This document shows positions 58,107 through 64,000 of a stretch of 64,000 nt of DNA, one piece after another (the first letter of the stretch is position 1; each line of letters starts with the position of its first letter). Source of the stretch: Candidatus Cloacimonadota bacterium (GTDB lineage: Bacteria > Cloacimonadota > Cloacimonadia > Cloacimonadales > PWNZ01); assembly GCA_003564155.1 (NCBI GenBank), contig PWOA01000042.1:12445-76444 (forward strand), read 5' to 3'. The position numbers were made by a program, and so were the translations under genes. The notes below the pieces were generated by a model, which searched no databases, was not told the origin of the DNA, and was given only the letters and a program-made list of their open reading frames with translations.

Positions 58107-60563
58107 TTACCTGCGAGAAAATTCGAAAGCATCATAATCAAATCCTAAAGATAAGTATCCGGAGAACCTAAAATGTCTCTTCATTCCTATACCTATTCGC
58201 AGAGGCGCAAATAAGGTGTCATAGCCCACGATAAAACCGGTTCCAATGTGAGTGTCGGTATCGACTTCCCAGGTGTCTATTGGCGATATATTTGCGATAT
58301 TAAACTGCCAATAAAAATACAAACTACTGATTAGGTTAGCTCTAGCAGTAAAAGTTAAAATCTTTACAATTGATTCACTTCTTTCATTTTGATACATTCC
58401 TATAAAGCTGTCCAGTCCACCGACATAAAAAGGATCATGTTCTACATAATTATCTCCAAAAAAAGATCCATATTCGAATTTAAATAACAAAGATAAACGA
58501 TCTATGGAAGAAATTGAAGTGTTGCTTAATTTATTAGGATGGTCTTTATGGCTATTCGATTCATTGTTTTTGAGAAGCGGGAACAAATATTGAAATCTTC
58601 CGTAAAATCTGTCGAAAGAATGATCACTAAGATAAATTTCGTTAGAGTGTGAATACTTGATCATTAACTCAGACCCTGACATAGCGAAGAGTGTATGGTC
58701 CAAGGTGTCCTTATATAACTTAATTCCGAGCCCTGAGCAAAAATATTTATCTTCAAATATATGGGCTGAGACGTCACTATATAAATTTTTATTATATGTA
58801 AAGAGATATGGTTCTACTATCAATTTATTATTGATAAATCCGCCAATACCGAAATTCAAGCCATATTCAAGGGAGTTTGTACTATGAATTGCTTTACGTG
58901 TTGTATCATCATAAAAATAAGTTTTATGTTCGTTAATGTAAGGGAAGATTCTGAAGAAAGCACCCCATTCTCTGCCGAAATTTTTTACATAATCAAATAG
59001 CAATTCTCTTTGTCCACCGAGTGTTAAGGCGCATATGAACTTAGAGTTATTACCGACTTGATTGATCATTTCAAGAATCAGTCCGGCAGAAACATTTTCA
59101 TGTTCGTTGTATTTGAAATTAAAACCGATTATTTTGCGGGGTTTTTCAAAAGTCCTTACAATAAGGCTATTAACTCCATTCTTTGATTCTATCACGGGGT
59201 GAATTGAGGAAAATAACCTTGTGTTAAAAGCGGAGTATAAGGCGTTTTGTATGTCGTATTTAGTTATTTCTTCATTGACATTTAATCCGATCGAATTTCT
59301 AATTTGAGCATCTGATTGATAAGTATTGCCTTCGATTATGATGTTATCAAATGTGATAGTGTCTGGAAGGGGATCTTGAGGTACAGAATCTTGCATTCTC
59401 AGATGTAAATATTCTGACGATACATTGATTTCATTCTTGTTATGGGGTTCAACTGAAGAATCATTTGTATAATAATCGACATTTTTAAGTGCATTTCTAG
59501 CAGCTGTTTCTCCTGCCTCAATTAAGATGCTTAAATGCATAAAATCAGTTGAGTATATATCTGAAATATCAGGTTCAATCAGGATATCACAGTTCAGTTT
59601 GGCTAAGTTAAGTTGATGATTATTACTAATATTCAGTGCTTGGTCGAGGATAGTTAAAGGATTGGTTAATCGGGATGAAGTTCTTAAATCAGAAGCTACG
59701 TTGACTCCGATAACTATATCTGCACCCATATCTTTGACTATAGTAGTAGGGAAATTCATTGTTAACCCACCGTCGATAGTTAATCGATTATGTAACAGAA
59801 ATGGCTGAAAGACGGAAGGTACGGAAGTCGACGATCTGATAGCTTCGTGTATGCTTCCGGAACGGTATACAATCATTTCCCCGTTTAATAGATCTGTTGC
59901 AGTACAGGTGAAAGGAATTGGTAAATTATTGAAATCTTTTATATGATTATACTGATAGGTGATATCAAAGAGGTAATTAATATAATTATTACCAAAGATT
60001 AGACCTTGTGGTAATGTTGGTTTATAATGTTCATCCAGATAAAACGAGAAATTGTAATATCGTTTCCATCGTTTTTCTCCGATATAGTAATCCTTTCTAT
60101 GTATCGTGTCATCAAAAAGTTGCGTTATGTCGGTTTCTTTAAAGAGACTCTCGATTTGTTGTCCGGAATAGCCAATGGAATATAAACCTCCGATTAAGGC
60201 GCCAATACTTGTACCGGAAATATAATCGATATTTAGTTGCAATTCATCAATAACTTTTATAACTCCAATATGAGCAAGCCCTCGCGCTCCTCCACCGCTC
60301 AGAGCTAATCCAATTTTTGGTTTATCGGACTTTTGCCAAACGTTTCTTTTAAATTGATGATGAGGTAAGTTACCTGAATCATAGGATATATCATTTAAAT
60401 CTTGTTGTAAGATATTTTTTGACTGTATAGATTCTGTACTGAAGAGGTTACATGAAAAACAGGAGGTTAATGTAAATACAATTATTATTGTAAGTATGTT
60501 CAACGGTATGAGTAGATAATTCCCGTAGATGACATTGGGTTTATAAACAGAGAAATAAAACAT
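58107..60563 (-). CDS. Patatin phospholipase-POTRA-Omp85 fusion (PlpD / type Vd-like)
   Basis: LSGGGARGLAHIG, GTSIG, DGG; POTRA-like I.IEGN; C-terminal barrel F.VGG and GYDT..APLR...YLSLGFDY. Start uncertain. Confidence 0.88.
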   Translation of the reverse strand: MFYFSVYKPNVIYGNYLLIPLNILTIIIVFTLTSCFSCNLFSTESIQSKNILQQDLNDISYDSGNLPHHQFKRNVWQKSDKPKIGLALSGGGARGLAHIGVIKVIDELQLNIDYISGTSIGALIGGLYSIGYSGQQIESLFKETDITQLFDDTIHRKDYYIGEKRWKRYYNFSFYLDEHYKPTLPQGLIFGNNYINYLFDITYQYNHIKDFNNLPIPFTCTATDLLNGEMIVYRSGSIHEAIRSSTSVPSVFQPFLLHNRLTIDGGLTMNFPTTIVKDMGADIVIGVNVASDLRTSSRLTNPLTILDQALNISNNHQLNLAKLNCDILIEPDISDIYSTDFMHLSILIEAGETAARNALKNVDYYTNDSSVEPHNKNEINVSSEYLHLRMQDSVPQDPLPDTITFDNIIIEGNTYQSDAQIRNSIGLNVNEEITKYDIQNALYSAFNTRLFSSIHPVIESKNGVNSLIVRTFEKPRKIIGFNFKYNEHENVSAGLILEMINQVGNNSKFICALTLGGQRELLFDYVKNFGREWGAFFRIFPYINEHKTYFYDDTTRKAIHSTNSLEYGLNFGIGGFINNKLIVEPYLFTYNKNLYSDVSAHIFEDKYFCSGLGIKLYKDTLDHTLFAMSGSELMIKYSHSNEIYLSDHSFDRFYGRFQYLFPLLKNNESNSHKDHPNKLSNTSISSIDRLSLLFKFEYGSFFGDNYVEHDPFYVGGLDSFIGMYQNERSESIVKILTFTARANLISSLYFYWQFNIANISPIDTWEVDTDTHIGTGFIVGYDTLFAPLRIGIGMKRHFRFSGYLSLGFDYDAFEFSRR

Positions 60564-60613
60564 GATTAGTGATAGTATTTCAAAGAATGAATCGATAAAA
60601 GATATTTTATGGT

Positions 60614-62899
60614 TTATTCTTCATACAATTCCGAACTTAACGTCGTTTGTTCAATGATTTTATTCTGACTAGTTGATTCAGTTCTGTCATATAAAGATTC
60701 AAGAATCGGAGAATAGGACACAACAATGCCGGCGAATATGATACTAACCATACTCATCAATTTTATTAGTATATTGAGAGAAGGCCCTGAGGTATCCTTG
60801 AAGGGGTCACCAACTGTATCACCGTTTATTGCAGCTTTGTGTGCCGGCGATCCTTTCCCCCCAAATTTATTGCTTTCAATAAATTTTTTGGCATTATCCC
60901 AAGCTGCACCTGAATTATTAAGCATAATTGCTAATGTAAAACCGGTAGTTAATGCTCCGGTTAATAAGCCCATAACCCCAGCTACACCTAAAGACAACCC
61001 GACGATTAGAGGAATTATAAGAGCTAATAGAGATGGAAGGATCATTTCCTTTTGTGCTGCTTTAGTTGAAATGAGAACACAGGTCCCATATTCCGGTTTC
61101 TCTGTACCTTCTAAGATACCAATATGTTCTTTGAATTGACGTCTTACTTCCTTAACCATCTTACCGGCGGCTCGACTAACTGATTTCAAGGTAAGAGCGC
61201 AGAAAACAAATGTTGTCATTGAGCCAATGAATAGACCTATCAGTACCCTAGGATTGACTAATGTAATGTTAAAAAAATCGACGAATTGTTGGATAGATGC
61301 GGTAGATGTTTCGACAAAACTATTACCGATTAACATCGTATCTACTCCGATTCTACCTAATGCAATTTTCACTTCTTCAATGTAAGCTGATAATAAAACC
61401 ATTGCAGTTAGTGCGGCAGAACCAATTGCAAATCCTTTCCCAGTTGCAGCTGTTGTGTTGCCGAGTGAATCTAGAGCATCAGTACGTTCGCGAACTTCAT
61501 CGCCTAAGTTACTCATCTGAGCGATACCACCCGCATTATCAGCGATTGGTCCGTAAGCATCTGTTGCTAATGTAATCCCCAAAGTTGATAGCATCCCGAC
61601 TGCAGCTAATCCTATTCCATATAGACCGTTAGCTAGATCGTTCCAATTCCATTGACTTCCGAGGCCGAAACTAATGATAATTCCGATTCCTAATGTTAAA
61701 ACTGGAATGCTTGTTGAAACCATACCAACTGACATCCCTTCGATAATAAGAGTCGAAGTTCCCATTAATCCTTGTTTAGCTACATTACGAGTCGGTTTAT
61801 ATTGATATGAAGTAAAATATTCTGTAGCTTCTCCTATAATAATACCGACAAGTAAACCTGTTATAACAGCAAGCCATAATGATAATGACTTGTCTGAAGG
61901 TATAAGATAATTTACCAAAAAATATGAACTTATAATAACAAGTATTGAACTTAACCATACTCCTCGAGAGAGAGACATTAATAACTGTTTTTGAGACGAT
62001 GATTCTTTTGTTTTCACTGCAAATATACCTATAATAGAGCATAACGCTCCTAAACCGGCTAAACACATAGGTAATATTATGGAGTTCATAATGTGGTGAG
62101 TATCGATAAAAGCAGCTGTACCTAAAACAGACGTTGCTAAGATTGAGCCGCAAAAGGATTCATATAAGTCGGCTCCCATTCCGGCAACATCACCTACATT
62201 ATCACCCACATTATCGGCAATTACTGCTGGATTACGCGGATCATCTTCAGGAATATCAGATTCGATTTTACCAACTAAGTCAGCTCCTACATCCGCAGCT
62301 TTTGTGAATATCCCACCTCCGACGCGTGCAAATAAAGCTTGAAAAGAAGCTCCTATTGCAAAGAATATCAATATCGATGTTAACTCGTTATAGTTATGTA
62401 TATAGAAAATATTCGAATTAGGTAAATTCATAGCTTGGGATAATATCACAAACCAAGCACCAATAATTGCTAAACCTAGTCCAACAACGGACAATCCCAT
62501 AACTGCTCCGGAACGAAATGCTGTTTGTAAGCCGTAGTTTAAAGATATTTTACTTGCTTCTGCTGTTCTCCCCGAAGCGTAAGTTGCTGTTTTCATACCT
62601 ATAAAACCTGAAAAGCCACTAAAAAAACCACCGGTGATGAATACAAAAGGTGTCCAAATATTTTGTATTTTTAGTATTAGGGCAAATACTAAAAATACAC
62701 AGAATGCAACTGCGAAAAAAATCGCTACAACTCTATATTGTTGACGAAGATATGCTCTTGCTCCATCTCTTATTGCTTGAGCAATCTCGATCATTGTCGT
62801 AGTACCTTCTGATTTTTTTTTCATGGTTTTATAAAAATAAAAAGCAAATAATAGTGCTGATATAGCTCCAAAAAATGCCAAGATAAGCCAAGATTTCAT
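60614..62899 (-). CDS. hppA: K+-dependent membrane pyrophosphatase, Na+-translocating type
   Basis: DVGADLVGKIE, EDDPRNP, DNVGDNVGD, ADLYES, GNTTAA (Ala, K+-dependent), GDPFKDTSGP. Confidence 0.97.
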   Translation of the reverse strand: MKSWLILAFFGAISALLFAFYFYKTMKKKSEGTTTMIEIAQAIRDGARAYLRQQYRVVAIFFAVAFCVFLVFALILKIQNIWTPFVFITGGFFSGFSGFIGMKTATYASGRTAEASKISLNYGLQTAFRSGAVMGLSVVGLGLAIIGAWFVILSQAMNLPNSNIFYIHNYNELTSILIFFAIGASFQALFARVGGGIFTKAADVGADLVGKIESDIPEDDPRNPAVIADNVGDNVGDVAGMGADLYESFCGSILATSVLGTAAFIDTHHIMNSIILPMCLAGLGALCSIIGIFAVKTKESSSQKQLLMSLSRGVWLSSILVIISSYFLVNYLIPSDKSLSLWLAVITGLLVGIIIGEATEYFTSYQYKPTRNVAKQGLMGTSTLIIEGMSVGMVSTSIPVLTLGIGIIISFGLGSQWNWNDLANGLYGIGLAAVGMLSTLGITLATDAYGPIADNAGGIAQMSNLGDEVRERTDALDSLGNTTAATGKGFAIGSAALTAMVLLSAYIEEVKIALGRIGVDTMLIGNSFVETSTASIQQFVDFFNITLVNPRVLIGLFIGSMTTFVFCALTLKSVSRAAGKMVKEVRRQFKEHIGILEGTEKPEYGTCVLISTKAAQKEMILPSLLALIIPLIVGLSLGVAGVMGLLTGALTTGFTLAIMLNNSGAAWDNAKKFIESNKFGGKGSPAHKAAINGDTVGDPFKDTSGPSLNILIKLMSMVSIIFAGIVVSYSPILESLYDRTESTSQNKIIEQTTLSSELYEE

Positions 62900-63110
62900 T
62901 AAATAACCTCCTATATTAATACACCATAACTTTATTTATCCTTAGGATGTTTCGATAAACAAAATATACAAAGGATTCAAGATGATTTGTTTGTCAATAT
63001 TTAAGTGATTTTACAATACTTTACTGACTTATCAAAACGGTGTCACGAATAATCATGGATAATACTTTAACCGGCAAATCTTTTATAAAAATTATCTTTA
63101 AAAAAACTTT

Positions 63111-63203
63111 TAGTAGACTTGTGGACTAGTAGGATAGTAGACTAGGTTTCAAAGTTGGGAGGCAAAGGGTTAAGGGCTAAGAGTGAAGTGTGAGGTGTGA
63201 GGT
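63111..63203 (+). repeat. Degenerate 8-mer and 7-mer tandem repeats
   Basis: TAGTAGAC TTGTGGAC TAGTAGGA TAGTAGAC, then GCAAAGG GTTAAGG GCTAAGA GTGAAGT GTGAGGT GTGAGGT. Confidence 0.6.
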
Positions 63204-63222
63204 GTCCTGAAATAGGTGGACT
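63198..63222 (+). mobile_element. Orphan IS3-family-like terminal repeat
   Basis: TGAGGTGTCCTGAAATAGGTGGACT, 23/25 identical to the reverse complement of 17129-17153. Confidence 0.55.
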
Positions 63223-63325
63223 CGGGAGGGCTGATTGTATGAATGTAAATAATTATTGTTATTTATGAACTGTATAAGGAACTTATATGATACTATCACA
63301 TCAATATAAATCTAGTTGAATATAT

Positions 63326-63341
63326 GGGTACTTTATTTGCT
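63326..63341 (+). promoter_or_regulatory. Putative sigma54 promoter of the second htrA
   Basis: GGGTACTTTATTTGCT = GG-N10-GC with GGTAC and TTGCT. Confidence 0.55.
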
Positions 63342-63425
63342 AAAGTAGCTTAAAGAATAATTGTAATGAAACATCAAAGAAGATTCAACCGTTTTGCAAT
63401 AGAAACTAAATGATAAGGAGATATA

Positions 63426-64000
63426 ATGGTGATATCATTAAAGCGAATTATTTTGGTAAGTGTTATACTTGTCATAGTATTCAGTCTCTGTAATACTGAT
63501 ATATTTTCACGTTATCCGCTTACAGAAACCGGGAGAAGTCCCTTTGTTGAAGTAGTTAGAGACATAACTGAAAGTGTTGTAAATATTCAAGTTGAAGCCG
63601 AAGTCGATACAAGATTACCGGGAGGGCAACTTCCTTTCGATGATGATTTTTTCCGATTTTTCTTTGGTCCTAGACAACAGACGAGGAGATCCGTATCAAC
63701 GGGTAGCGGCTTCATAATAGATCGCCACGGAGAAGATGTCTATATTTTGACGAATAACCATGTAGTTGATAAAGGTGATAATACAGTAATTACAGTAACT
63801 TTGGCTGATAAAGCAAAGTATAATGCTGAAATTTTAGGTTTAGACCCTCAAACAGACTTAGCAGTGATAAAGATATCCGTACCCCAAAATGAAACAATAG
63901 TTAAAGCACCTTTAGGAGATTCTGATAGGATAGAAATTGGAGAGTGGGCAATTGCTATTGGAAATCCCTTTGGTCAATTAGGGTTAGATAGAACTGTAAC
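63426..64000 (+). CDS. HtrA/DegP-family serine protease, 3' truncated by the window end (absent from the ORF track)
   Basis: Hand translation MVISLKRIILVSV...SVVNI...FFRFFFG...GSGFII...ILTNNHVV...TDLAVIKI...LGDSD.IEIGEWAIAIGNPFG; AAGGAG RBS. Confidence 0.95.
   Translation, partial: MVISLKRIILVSVILVIVFSLCNTDIFSRYPLTETGRSPFVEVVRDITESVVNIQVEAEVDTRLPGGQLPFDDDFFRFFFGPRQQTRRSVSTGSGFIIDRHGEDVYILTNNHVVDKGDNTVITVTLADKAKYNAEILGLDPQTDLAVIKISVPQNETIVKAPLGDSDRIEIGEWAIAIGNPFGQLGLDRTV

Overview
AT-rich (my rough estimate is about one third GC) chromosomal segment of an anaerobic diderm bacterium. Gene content and protein style suggest Candidatus Cloacimonadota, which is an inference, not a database result. 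Most of the window is core genome: mnmE, ruvB, htrA, trmB, a dGTPase, prfB with a programmed +1 frameshift, uppS-cdsA plus an envelope cluster, cvrA, rpmB, recA-recX, clpB, rnfCDGEAB, pckA, rplU-rpmA, RNase E/G, three tRNAs, rph, gap, fba, a type Vd patatin-Omp85 protein, a membrane pyrophosphatase and a second htrA cut by the window end. The most notable region is 39-57.5 kb. It holds a near-complete type IVa pilus locus with a sigma54-type promoter, an aromatic-rich Cys-free pilin, PilT, two long-leader minor pilins, PilMNOPQ, MshEN-PilB and PilC. A lipoprotein of about eight invasin-type Ig domains is inserted right after the secretin, and two tandem giant parvulin/TPR chaperones lie divergent from the locus. 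Features the ORF track misses: a 59-aa membrane microprotein that duplicates its neighbour's C-terminus, a decayed RAYT transposase with a REP-like 24-bp palindrome, two related IS3-like ends, sigma54 promoters, and an apparent window-wide excess of CCGG. No CRISPR array, prophage or rRNA was seen.
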